A DNA stretch of 61,666 bases, counting the filler, from Jimgerdemannia flammicorona (taxonomy: Eukaryota), in NCBI GenBank assembly GCA_003990765.1. It is 3 parts of 3 records of this genome, joined end to end, with 100 filler letters (N's around TTAATTAATTAA, not from the genome) between each part and the next. Parts side by side here need not be neighbours in the genome. Positions count along the whole stretch, not along the records: positions 1 to 20,500 come from RBNJ01001669.1; 2 more parts are not named here. One strand, given 5' to 3'. This document shows positions 1 to 12,336 of this stretch, in pieces. Position numbers and translations under genes: made by a program. Every line of letters begins with the position of its first letter. Position 1 is the stretch's first letter. The notes beneath the pieces are model-generated. The model ran no database searches. It was given only the letters and a program-made list of their open reading frames with translations, and was not told where the DNA came from.

Positions 1-1963
1 CCCCCCCCAATCCCTTCTCGACGAAAAACCACTTTATCAAACACCATCGCCACCCGCCCACCACTCTGCTCACAGATCCCTTCCACCAGCCAGCGACATC
101 GCCCACCTTGCAGTTCCCACCCAACCCACCACCCTGTCAACAAATCTGCCACCAACTCCTCCCATCTCAATAACTTCTCCCATATCCCTATCTGTCGCCC
201 CTCCTCAAAAACAAAGAGCCAATGTCCAGCCAACCCCACCTATACTGCCACAACCCATCCTACAGTAAGCCACCTATTACTGACACCTCCCACAAGTCTA
301 GATTCCAGATCTTCCCAGCGACCTCTCTCCCCATCTGGTCTCCTTTCAACCCCAAGGCAGTCCCCTACAGCTATCCAAAAGTCACCCAGAACCTCACACT
401 CCCCCAGCCAATGTTCTGGCATTTGCACAAAATCCCCAACTTACCCAACATTATAACACTCCTCACAATCCAGCTGACCCCCATCCACCAGATGCCCAGC
501 ACGGAAGTTCAACATAACATTCCTCTGCAGCATATGCCACCACACTACCCAGAACTTGGGAGGGAGCCACTGCCGGACCTCTGTACTCCAAGACCAGATC
601 CTTGCCCAATCCCACTCTTCACCAATCCTCACCGCCTGCCAGCTACTTGGCCAAAGATCCTGGCCAATTCGCCACTGACACTCTACTCCATCACCAATGT
701 CAAACTCAGCTAGTGGAACTCTCCCTAGAAGCAGACAGTCCCACCAGGCCCCCTTCTCTATCCGGATCCTCTTTCCATCTACCTCCCCCACCACTGTCCT
801 GGCCTCAAACTCCTTCCAGGCCAATCTCCTCCTTGCCACTGCCCCTTCTAGGTCCTCCAGAGCCTTCAACAGGTCCTTCTCCTCCTCCGGAGTCCCCTTC
901 ACCCTGGTGACCTTACACTCCACTGGTCCCCACCTCAGTGCTGCTGGCCAGTCTCTCGACTTCCCTGTATTCTCCTTCCCAGCCAGCCTCACCCTGATAT
1001 CGACATTGCCAGTTCTAAGCTCTGTGCCCTCCCAGACCTTGAACCCAACATCCACAATCTCGCCATACTCCTTGACCGCCTCTACAACCAACTCCCTGGT
1101 CCTTTCCTTTGACACAGTCGGGAGGTCCAACACCATCAACTGCACCACTTGGGGGTCCCAGCACATGCACTGGGCCATAGGGACCACAACTCCGCCAACT
1201 ATCACCCCCTTCTCCATAGCTGCCAACAAGGCATCTTCCTCCTCAAACCCCACTTCAACTTCTTCCTTTCCCCTTAAGAACTTCACCGACACTGCTCTCT
1301 TAGCCTCCTATACTACCAGCCCCAAAATCATCCTTGCTGTCACTGCCAAGCCCCGGAAGCACATTGTGACTACGAATTCTGACCTCGACTTCTTGAGTAA
1401 CAGGGCTGACACCATGCCCGTCATCCCATCAGCCAGGTCCCTGGGCCTTGTGCCCACTCCAAGTCCCGAATTGCCAACTGCCGTCACATCTGGATTTTTT
1501 GCCAGATCCCCAGTCACAGCCCCATCAACAGTCACATCTCCAGCCCCTACTCTGGCCCCTTCCCTACCACCAGAAGTACCCTGGGGTACACCTCCCTGAC
1601 CCCTAGCAGTAGCCATCAATGTCTTCCCCAGGCCCAACCAACCATCTAGCCCAGAAGCCATCTTCCCCATTCTGACCTTGTCAGCAAAGGTCAACCTCTC
1701 CCCTCCTCTCTGCCTCAGACCGCCCCTCCCTCCGCCACCAGGGCCTTGGCTAGCCATCGAGGCCCCTGGCATCCCCAAACCATCTTCCCTCCTCCCTACC
1801 TGCTGCCAGCCAAAGGTGCCATCACCCCCCTGGCCAGTATGCTCACCAGTTCGATCATTGCTGTCCATGTTGTTAGTCATTGGACACCAAAAACATTGTA
1901 AAAAGTGTTGTCTGAGTCTTGTGTCACCTGAATGTTACTGGTGAAAGAGCTGACCAATACCTT
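1..1963 (-). mobile_element. Internally deleted L1/Tx1-like LINE (ORF1 fused to the ORF2 C-terminus; endonuclease and RT missing)
   Basis: ORFs 1308-1880, 441-1292 and 240-428 share one frame. The N-terminal part matches ORF1 of the LINE at 28.6-34.3 kb (VVEA.xYGE.VD.xF.WEGT.LR). The C-terminal part is the ORF2 end (W.RIW...KFWVVWW.LQRN...CEEC...EHWLGEC). The 5' UTR resembles 27480-27575. Confidence 0.85.
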
Positions 1964-1964
1964 G

Positions 1965-2365
1965 ATCCAGCTCTTCCTTACTGAGTTTGTCTGATATTTG
2001 CGACTTCCTTGATTCTTGGGTTAAGGACAGGTAGGATGAGCATTTGTGCCAGCTGATCCTTCTTCTTTACTTCAAATGGGATTGTTGGATTATGATTTCT
2101 GGCAAGGAGGAGGATTTCTCCTGTATAGTCTAAATCAATGACTCCTCCTTCTATGGATATTTCACTTTTCACTAAGCTGCTCCTTGTCTTGAGGATTCCA
2201 ATATGATTTGGTGGGATGGTTACTTTGATTCCTGTTCCCAGCATAGTAGTGGTTTGCAGTTTGAGGATTGTGTGTATTGTGGTAGATAGGTCCATTTCTG
2301 CTACATTCTCCAATTTGTACTATGGCAAGACTGCATTGGGGTGGATCCTTCATATCTTGACTGTG
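1965..2365 (-). pseudogene. Retroelement dUTPase (family A)
   Basis: Motifs GTGIKVTIP, KTRSSL, GGVIDLDYTGEI and DQLAQML. The motif 5 region is broken by a stop and by the LINE insertion. Confidence 0.9.
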
Positions 2366-4485
2366 ATGTCTTCTTCATCATTGCTGTCATTCAATAGCTC
2401 TGGTGGTCCATCTTCTGGTTCCTCCTGGTTCTTCTTTGGCTTGTTAGAGATCTTTTTCACTTTGATAATGCAAGAGTAGCAGCAATCCAAGTGCTGGGCA
2501 CAGTACATTCTTTCACTATGGAGGCACCTTTCTAGTGGGGTATATCCATCTGCAATCCTTTTGTACCATTCTTCCTCTGTCTACTGCTTATCTTCATGGT
2601 AACCATGTAGGCTTCTTCTTGCTCTTCCTTCATCTCAGGGCAGACTCCTTTGTGAATATTGATGGAAATTCTGATCTTCTTTCCCCAGTAGATGATTTGC
2701 ATCTTCTGTGCACTGAGATCAATTATTGCCTTGGCTTTGTGAAGCCATTGATTGCCAATGAGGATATCATAGTTGGTTGCATTAGTGATGATGACATCTA
2801 CCAGGATAGTGGCTTCTCCAAACTTGATGGATACATCCCGGATCTTTCCCAGAGATGTTGCTCATGTTCCATTAGCTGTAACAAACACTAATTTGGTAAC
2901 TTCTTCTATCTCCCAGCCTAGGCAGTCTACTGCTTTCTTAGTGATGAGACATTCTCCTACTTCCATATCGATGATGGCTTCAAAGACTTGGTCCTTGATC
3001 TGGCAGGTAGCATAGGCGGAGGTTTTGTAATTGTCTTCACTTTCTTCTCCTGAGTCCTCTTGAATGTTATTGGCCTTGGTTATCTTCCATCCTTACTCCT
3101 TGGTTGTTTTGGCAAGTCTGAACCTCATTTGTTATCTAAATGTTGGGATTTCTGCAAGCTGACCAAAGGTTGCATTGACCTTTTGTTGGCTAAGGTCCTT
3201 GAAGATATCATACTTGAAAGTCTTGGTCTTGCAAAGTTTCTTTTCTTTTTCTCCTTCACTGGCTGGGGTAGTTCCTCAGATAATATCTTGAACTGCTTGT
3301 TCCAGCTCCATATCTTGGTCCATCTCTTCAGCTTGGCTTTTGGTGGCCATTTCCATCTGCTTTTCTACTGGGTTCTTCTTGGGTCTTCCTGGTGGTCTCT
3401 TGTAGGGTTCCTTGCAAACATCCTTCTTGGTAGTCTGAGCAGGATAGGCCTCCCATTCTTCTTTATCAGAATCTCCAATTTTCTTGAAGGTAATTGTATT
3501 GGCCTGCTCCTTGTTTCATGTAGCATTGCTTGGTTGAGCCTTGCACTTGGTTTCACTCATGCATTCATAGAAGTAGTGGCCTTCTTCTCTGTAAGTATAG
3601 CAGGTGCCTTTCTTCTTGTCTGAGGTGGCAGCAAACTTCTGGACAGAACGGCAGTCTCTTCATCTGATCTCCTTTACTATATCTCCCAAGTAGGCAGTCA
3701 TTTCTGTGAACCTCTTGGTAAGTTCCTCCAAAGGGTCACTGTTCTTTTGCTGCTCTGTAGCTTTGGGCTGAGGTGTGTTTCGATTGATCATTGTGGTAGA
3801 GATCACACTGGTTGACTTAGGTGCCTTAATTCTGACTCTTGTAACTCTCTATTGTATGGTCTTGTGGGTGTCTGGGTATCCAGTATCACTGAGCATAGGT
3901 GACCTTTTGTGGCAGATCCAGAATCACTAGTGATGAGTGGATGGCTATGGCTATTTCTGGATAGACTCCTTTCATAAAGGTTGCTTCAGCTACTTGATCT
4001 CGGATAGCAGCAGCATAATCTGCAAGAATTATCTGATATTGAATTCTGGTATAGAATGTATTTGAATCCTTGCTCATTCCTTGATATATTATATTGAGCT
4101 AATTCTTCAGGACTTACTTGATCTTATCTGTATAATATGTATTTCAGAGCCAGGTCTTCTGTACTGTCAGTATAGCATCAGCATCATTTCCTGCATGAGT
4201 TGCAGCTGTGAATGCTGCTCTGGCAGGACCTCGTAGGCTGAAGGGTATGAGGGCTACTTGCTGTGCTGCTGTCAGGGTCCTTACAGTGGCATACTGCTCA
4301 AAATTGTCAATGAAGATAATGATTGATTCATCTGAGATATATCTATGGAATACTGGTGGTCTCATATCCATCTTGTCTGGGTATTGGGGCTTGGTTTATA
4401 TGGTTGTTCAGGTAGGGGTAGTTGTTCGTTGTTCAGCTTAAAAGTGAGGAATTTGTCTTGAATCATCAGCCAATGGGCACTAAGT

Positions 4486-4951
4486 TGTAATGTAGCAGAT
4501 GCTTACTCTTGAAAGTACATCAGATTTCTGTATCTTGAAAACTTGATCTTCTCTGACTCCTCAGAGTCCTTTGAGTTGCAGGAGAGGGTGGGTGAGTTCG
4601 AAGTATATCTGCCTGCAGGCTTACTAGTTTCTTTGCTATCTCTTTGCTTTAAACTATTTCGATCTGAGGTTTATTCACTTGAAGATACTAGGTTATTTAT
4701 ACAAGTTTGCTAGCTATAAGATAGTTACTGGGTTATGTGGCTAAGTTATGAGTCATTTAATACTTTGCAAAATATTTCGCCAGTTGCAAAATGCTATACT
4801 ATATTGAGAAGCTCAATCTCGCACTTTGCAAAATATTTAGCAAATGGTGAAATCAATGACTGCTAACTATGTGGCTATACTACTTTGGGACTGGGTGTGA
4901 TCAAGTGTCTGTTCCCTATTTTCTTCTTCTGAATCTAGCTATACTGTTACA
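4486..4951 (-). repeat. Family A LTR (5' LTR)
   Basis: TGTAACA...TTACA termini on the minus strand; closely similar to the solo LTR at 9751-10232; contains TGTATAAAT and AATAAA. Confidence 0.9.
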
Positions 4952-5489
4952 CTATCTAACTATTAATGATACTTCATAAATTTTATAGACTTTTTTTTAA
5001 AAAATTACTTATTAGTAAAATATTTATTAACTGATTAAACTACTTTTATATTAAATTATATGAGAATTAATAAAATTTTATATTTATTAATTACCAAGTA
5101 TAATAATTTTACTTAATTAGTTTTAACTTTTAATAATGATATTAATTATTAAATATAATTAGTTATATGTATATATTAATTATTAATTACTAATATAATA
5201 ATTTTATCTAAATATATTTATTTAACTTATATTATATTTTATTATTATTAGTTATTAAGTATAACAATCTTATATTTATTTATATTAGCTATTATATTTA
5301 TTAAATAATAACTTTATACTAATTTCTATTAATTAATCTAACTTAGTAACTTTATAATATTGTAACTTAGTAAGAGATTTTATAGTTAGTTATAATTTGA
5401 ACTATAAGATTATAAAGATTCAAAAAATAAAATAACTATCTTCAATATTAAAAGTTTAAAGTTTGAGTTAAGAAACTTCTCTTATATAT

Positions 5490-5885
5490 TATAATATAGT
5501 AAATATAGAACTTAGTGAGTATATATATTAGATTCTGAAATTTATATGAAGGGAGAAAGAGTATATAAAGAAGACTTTTTTTTTTAAATTAAACTAACTG
5601 AGATTTATTCACTCTAGATACTGGAATATTTATATAAGTTTACTAGCTATAAAGTGGACTATAAGTTACTTTTTACAAGTGTTGAATCTTTGATATCTAC
5701 TAGAATTTCAACAATTGTAAGAATTTTAATATCTGCTAAATCTTTAGTAATTATTAAAGTTTCTATATTTGTAAAATATGTCTACTATTTATAAGGTTAT
5801 ACTATATTTGAAAATTGAATTCAGATAATGTAATTAAATATTTATTTCTTTGATTTATATTTCTATTTTATACTATATATTATAT
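5490..5885 (-). repeat. Degenerate LTR of an A-related subfamily (A')
   Basis: Collinear with 8457-8494 + 9701-9750 + 10233-10570. It provides the empty-site sequence for two insertions. Confidence 0.7.
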
Positions 5886-6448
5886 CTTTTCTTTGAATAG
5901 ATTATTTTTAATATAAAAATATCTATTCAAATTCCTATATCTTAATATTTATATATCTATATAGAAATATTTGTGATATATCTAAACAATTGTCAGAATA
6001 TTTTTCAAGGTCTCAAAAGTCTTCAAATAATTAATTCAGGTATTTGTATGTTATCAAAAGTTGGAAAAAATAGATAGTAGTATCTTTTAAAAATTTGATA
6101 ATATCTTATCTTCTATTCTTCAGAGCAGTCTATTATATATCATTTAAAGTCAGATAATAATATCTTCTATTCTTTATAATGGTCTATTCATATATTATCT
6201 TGAGCAGTAAATTATATATTATAAAATAGCTTTCTTCAAATAATTAACTCAGATAGTTTATATATAATATTTTCAGTAAGATAGTGATTTTTTTAACAGA
6301 TAGCATTCTTTAAATAATTAACTTAGATAATAGTTCATATATATATTATCAAAATTGATTAATTCTTATAATATTGTTCCTTAAACTAAGAAGTAATCTA
6401 GCTATTAACTCAATAATATATTCTTCTAGAGTATATTTTGTTTAATAC

Positions 6449-8042
6449 TGTAATAGACCAAAATGTACCACCTGAATTATAACTTAGCCAGATGATGTGA
6501 ACAATTAGCATACTTACTCAGCATGATGTGACTTCCAGTATATCATAGTTACTCATGCCTGCCACACTTATAATTAGTCAAGACACCAGATCAGGATTGT
6601 TTACCTGTGTCCTGAGGACACACTCATGTCTGGCAGACACACTCATGTCCTGTGGACACACTCATGTCCTGCAGACACACTCATGTCCTGTAGACACACC
6701 TGTATCCAGAGGATACACCCAAATATTACCAAAGATAGCAAATCTATAGTTAGCCACATAGTAACCAGATAGCAACCAACTTGTATAAATTACCCCAGAG
6801 ATGAGAGTGAATAAAATCTCAGTCCGAAATACAAATACCAAAGAAGCCTCTAAAGATTGAGCATTGGTCCCCTTTCCACTCCGGTCCACTTTCCGATACA
6901 AAGCTGATTTTGCCGCCGAGTTCAAGGAAGAACTTTGCCACCTTTGGAACTATTGGTTCGCTTGCCAGATAAGCCTGAAGATTTGCCGCCTAAGTTCAAG
7001 GAGAACTTTGCCACCTTTTGAGTAATCCGCTGCTTAAGGAATAAGCCACCATTTCCAAGTTATCCGCATTCCCAGAGAAAGCCACCTTGCCCAAGCCAGT
7101 TTCCAACACAACTTCGCAGTGATCTGTTCACGCAAACGAAGCCAGTCTTTGACTCAACTTTGCCAAGAGACCCTTTCCCAAAGAACACTGCCAGTTGTTC
7201 GTATTCCCAGTTGAAGCCGTCGATTCAGGAAGAATCCATGCCATCATTTCCCAGTTGAAGCCGCTGATTCAGGAAGAATCCGCGCCATCATTTCCCAGTT
7301 AGAGCCCGCCGATTCAGGAAGAATCCGCGTCACCCGCCGTTTTTGAGTTATCCACTGTATTCCCAGTTGAAGCCAAATCCGCGCTGTCCGTCCGAGTTAA
7401 TTCCCAGTTAAGCCGCCGCATTCAAGAAGCCCGCCAAATCCGCATCATCTGCCACTTTCGAGTTATCCGCATTCCCAGAAGAGCCATCTGAGTTGTTCGT
7501 CATTCCCAGTGAGCCCAGTATGGAAGAAACCATGCTATATATTCCCAGGAAGCCTGAGTTATTGAATTACCCACTGCCAGTACAATTCCCAGTAAGGAGA
7601 ATTCGCGCTATCTTCTATTCCCAAAACCGCCGCTTTGGAAAACCCGCACCAAATCAAGAAGTCCGCCAAAACCATCTCGCCAGAAATCGCATACTTTTGG
7701 AAGCCTGTCGTGCTACACAAGATTGTCACACAGAAATCGCATAAGGAGAACCGCTAGATTGCCAGACCGTCACGCATAAGATCGTCGTGCTATACAGAAA
7801 TTGTGCCATTCCCAGTTGACCCAAGAAGGAAAAGACATACCAATCACTGCTACACCCAGAGAACCATCCCAATAAGGAAATCACTTGCAGATATCCAGCT
7901 TTGACTATTATACCACTAAACACCAAGGACCTCAGGAATTTTAGAACATTTTGTTGCTTTTTGACAAAGTAACTGGGGGCTCAAGCCAAACTACATCAAC
8001 CCCCAACCTTGTAATTTGCCTCCATTGAGCTGGCACATTACA
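6449..8042 (+). mobile_element. Long solo LTR (1594 bp) with internal tandem repeats
   Basis: TGTAA...TTACA termini; 4-bp TSD ATAC (6445-6448 / 8043-8046); core AACTTGTATAAAT...GTGAATAAA shared with family A LTRs. Confidence 0.82.
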
Positions 8043-8494
8043 ATACTAATGATTTATAAAAATGAGACTAATACTCAGAATAACCAATTAACAGCAGATG
8101 ATGTAGACAAAATAATATCTTTAAAAGTCAGATGAGTAATCCATATAGTAGTCTGTTTGATATAGTGGTTTATTTAGTATTTTTTAGTAATTAATTTTTA
8201 TAATATTATCTCTCAAACTAAAGAGTAACTTAGCTATTAACTCAATGATATAGTTCTTTATAGAGTATCTATTATTCAATATTAATAGTTTACAGAAATG
8301 AGGCTGATAACTAGAATAATCAATTAATAGAAGATAATATAAAGATAAATATCATATATAATTGTCTATTATCTTCAAAATCAAGCAGTAGTAATTATTC
8401 ATTTTTTAGCTTAAAAGTGAGAATTTATCTTAAATCATCAGCTAATAGACACCAAGTTATAATATAGTAAATATGAAACTTAGTAAGTATATAT

Positions 8495-9700
8495 CTCTTT
8501 CTCTACTATCTTACTGATTATAAGATTTGGTAGGTAATCTTCTGAGTCTACTTTTATAACTTTTACCTCCTCTATCTCAGGTTGGTTTGCTGTACCTGTT
8601 GCAGGGAGGTAATAGGGATGAGTTGTCTCTATTTTAATATTTAATTAGTGCTTTCTTTACTTTTTTGTAGTTTCTAGTATCTCTGGTTATATCTGGGGTG
8701 TTTTTATTTTAGTATGGTGCTTTTTTTTCTTTACTGTCATCAATAAAGTATCATTGTAATATATTATAGATCCCATATAGAGTCAACTAACCTTAGGTAT
8801 TGAGTATCAGTATAGGTTATCTGTAGGTCTCTGGGATCTATAGTGGAGCTCTCTGAGCTTTGATGAGCTTTCCAGTAAGTGCATTTCTAGTATAGGTGAC
8901 TATTTTTCAAGAGGAGTTGAGATGGAAGAGGAGATGCCTGTTACAGATAAGAGAAAGAGCAATTATAGTAGACTAGTAGAATACCAGGCTAGGGGTGGTC
9001 TTTGGAGCTAGGGTGGGTACTGTATTGGTGGGGCCTTCTGATTGATATATAGTGGTTAGATAGTAGGTATTACTCTTAGCTACTTTTGATAATTCATAAG
9101 ATTGGGCTCTGGTTATTGAGGGTGGTTAGGGGGTCTGAGGCTACTCATATCAGATATCTTGACTACACTTAACTGGAACTAAAAGCTGATATAGCAATAT
9201 GATTAAGACCTATAGACTTGAGTAGTAGAGTATTGAGAGTCTCCTCTTACCTTATATGTAAGTCCTCTACTCATCTCATTAGAGAGAACCAGATTCTACC
9301 CACTGTTCTATACTTTGAAGGAATTTTTCTTTATCTATTACTCTTCTTAGGGTAATAGGAGCTATATAAATTAGCTCAGGTATGATCTTATATATATATT
9401 GGAGTTTTGGACATATGCCTTCAGTATATAATTGTTACTTTCTAATGGTAGGAAGAGTATAGTATACAGAATGAGATGTAGGTGACTTTGCTCTACTATA
9501 TCTGATATAGTTGAGCTACTGGATAATAGCTAGCCTAAGTTCAATAGAGATATAGTACTCAGTGAGTAGTGAGAGAGAGTTTTGACCTATATAGTCTAGA
9601 TTCTCTTTCAATAAAAATCCTTAGGACTGTAAGTTTATTAAAAAAATAAAAAATAAAAAATAAAAAATAAAAAATAAAAAATAAAAAATAAAAAATAAAA
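8495..9700 (+). mobile_element. Poly(A)-tailed non-autonomous retroposon (repeat C), copy 1
   Basis: ~1.15-kb body shared with 51341-52532 and 55795-56925; (A6T)n tail; flanked by a ~15-bp duplication CTTAGTAAGTATAT. Confidence 0.8.
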
Positions 9701-9750
9701 CTTAGTAAGTATATCAGATTCTAAAATTTATATGAAGAGAGAAAGAGTAT

Positions 9751-10232
9751 TGTGACAGTACAACCAAATTTGGAAGAAGGAAATAGGGAATAGACACTTG
9801 ATTGCACCCATTCCCAAAGTAGTATAGCTTTATAGTTAGCAGTTCTTGATTTTGACATTGTCTAAATTCTTAGACATTGTCTAAATTTTAGACATTATCC
9901 AAATCGGATACCCCAATTTAGTATAGCATTTAGACATTGTCCAAATGTTTTGACAAAGTCCAAATGACTCATTTATTACTTAGCCACCCTCTCATAGCTA
10001 GCAAACTTGTATAAATAACCCAGTATCTTCGAGTAAATAAACCTCAGATCGAAATAGTTCAAAAAGCAAAGAGATAGCAAAGGAACTAGTAAGCCTGTGG
10101 GCAGATACATATACTTCGAACTCACCCACCCTCCCCTACAACTTCAAGAGACTCTGCGAGAGTCAGAACAGTCAAGTTTTCAAGATACAGAAATCTGACA
10201 TACTTTCAAGAGTAAGTGTCTGCTACATTACA
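9751..10232 (+). mobile_element. Family A solo LTR
   Basis: TGTGACA...TTACA termini; 4-bp TSD GTAT, confirmed by the empty site GAGTATATAAAG at ~5559-5570. Confidence 0.92.
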
Positions 10233-10736
10233 GTATATAAAGAAAACTTATTATTTTTTTAAATTAAACTGACTGAGGTTTATTCACTCTAGATACTGGG
10301 ATATTTATATAAGTTTGCTAGCTATAAGATGACTAAGTTAAAACTATAAGTTATTTTTTATAAATATCAAATCTTTCAATATCTACTAGAATTTTAATAA
10401 TTGCAAGGATTTCAATATTTGCTAAATCTTTAACAATTGTTAGAGTTTCTATATTTATAAAATATGACTGCTATTTGTGAGGCTAAACTATATTTGGAAA
10501 TTAGATTCAGATACTTTAATCCAATATCTATTCTCTTGATTCATATTTCTATTTCATACTATATATTATAATATCTAAGAAAAATAACCTTTTAGCTATT
10601 AGAATAAATTAAATAGATATTAAGACAAAACTCTATCCAGAAACTACTATAAGTTAAGAAAGATCAAGTTAGAAGACTTTTAAAAATAATATATTATATT
10701 ATATTAAAATATTAAAAATATAAATATATTAAATAT

Positions 10737-12336
10737 TGTAATGGTGATCTCAGAATGATGATATCAGTATAAGAGACAGTAATTCCTTACAAGCCACCAG
10801 ATTGAAGTACAAGAAGATCATATAGTATAACTCACCCAAGCTATAAGATGAGTAATGATGACTAACTATGAGTCATTGAGACCACAATATAGATATCTCA
10901 AGGAATATAAAAGAAGAATCAAGGAACTGCAGTAGTAGTAACTCAATAAGACCCACTAAATTCTGAAATAGTTCAAGGACTTATTATAAACAAAATACCT
11001 ACTGCTCACCCAACCTCAAGATTAAGGAACTACCAAGGTCTCTCAGTCCAGGAAAGGATATTCCAAGACATCTGAAGAGCCATAAGGACTTGCACAACAA
11101 GGACTCCTAGTGTCAACCTGAGTACTGGTGACCCTTATCATTATATTCTCTACTACTATAAAATAGAAACAAGAATCACCATTGTTACCAAATACCTCCA
11201 GATGTAGTAAGAATATGAAATAGGAAATCTCCTCTGCCAGGAATTCCCTCAAGCCAGTCCTTAAGAACTACAAGATGCCATTCTTATAGATATATATAAA
11301 ATAAGGACAGCTAAGAAGATTCATCAGATCTTCAGACATATATCATGATTGATTCCCAACTTAGAATATATCAGAGTCTCAGACTTCAGAGATCTGTCAG
11401 CCCATTATATCAATGTACTAGAAGCCATGGTGGCTGCAGAAGCCCAGTCCACTATCACCCTCAATAGTAATAAAGTAGAAGACTTCTGGTATCCCATCCT
11501 CCAGAACAACTCAGATCAGTTCCTATAAGGATTGATCTCAGTATTCCAAGGCCCAAGCATCCAGGTTAGACCTCCCTAAGACCCCACATTTGTTCCTAAT
11601 TTTGTGGAAGAGAACCTCATAGACTAGAGAGCCCCAGATCTCCTTACTCTCCCCACCACCACTGAACATAATGACATCATCAGCAATGATGTCATCCCAC
11701 ACAACATATATAAAATGCACAATATACATGAAATATGTGACCTATATAACAAGACAAATGAAATGTTTGCAGATCTCATCTCCTTCAGTGATGATGAGAA
11801 TGAAGCCCTTATGGTCCTGAACTTTCTGCTCTGAGTTCTTGGTAACACCAAATTCTGCCAGCATTCTTTTCCTATATAACAGTTAGTCCTTCCACTAGCA
11901 TTCTGATTGTGTGACTCAGAATTCCTCCAGCATCCTTTTCCTATACCACTGAATTCTACCAGCACTTTGAACTTGTGCAATTATCTGTACCAACACTGGA
12001 ATCTGTATCAAAAACTGTAGTTTTCTGTATTCTAATATTTTATTTGATTATTGAAATTTATATTTAGCCTTATATCTTAGCAACCATTAAATTATATTTT
12101 GTATAAATATCCCTCTTATTTCCTTTGAAATAAAGTCAGTCAAGTTCACTTACCCTCAATTCCTTACAAGCAATCTAAGAGATAACAAGACAGTTTAAAG
12201 TTAAGAAGTTTGAGGACTATAAGATGAGAATATACTCCAATAAGAACTTGCTTATAACAAACTTGTAGTTAGTCTAAAAGATATACCTTGAAGAGAATCT
12301 GATATATTTGAAGGACTCAGTGACCACTATGTGATA
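10737..12336 (+). repeat. Family B 5' LTR, with decayed U3 ORF at 10995-11834
   Basis: Direct repeat of 17067-18671 and homologous to 20601-21940. Confidence 0.92.

Larger units (their letters stand above)
1964..4951 (-). mobile_element. Degenerate Ty3/Gypsy element, family A: 5' LTR, PBS, gag, protease, Cys/His module, dUTPase; cut by the LINE
   Basis: LTR 4486-4951; PBS-like sequence ~4468-4482; gag fragments 4371-3886; protease region ~2700-3015 (AIIDMEVG...YDILIGNQWL); dUTPase ORF 1978-2313. Confidence 0.88.
8457..10570 (-). repeat. A' LTR with adjacent PBS, interrupted by a poly(A) retroposon and a solo LTR
   Basis: The pieces reassemble to match 5490-5885. PBS/leader at ~8405-8456 matches 4435-4485. 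Confidence 0.72.

Noticed and set aside
222..1599. Long plus-strand Pro/Ser-rich ORFs (also around 24-34 kb)
   Set aside because: Antisense shadows of G-rich LINE ORFs.
7200..7430. ~44-bp repeats as a CRISPR array or coding repeat
   Set aside because: Tandem without spacers, unit length not a multiple of 3, and located inside an LTR.
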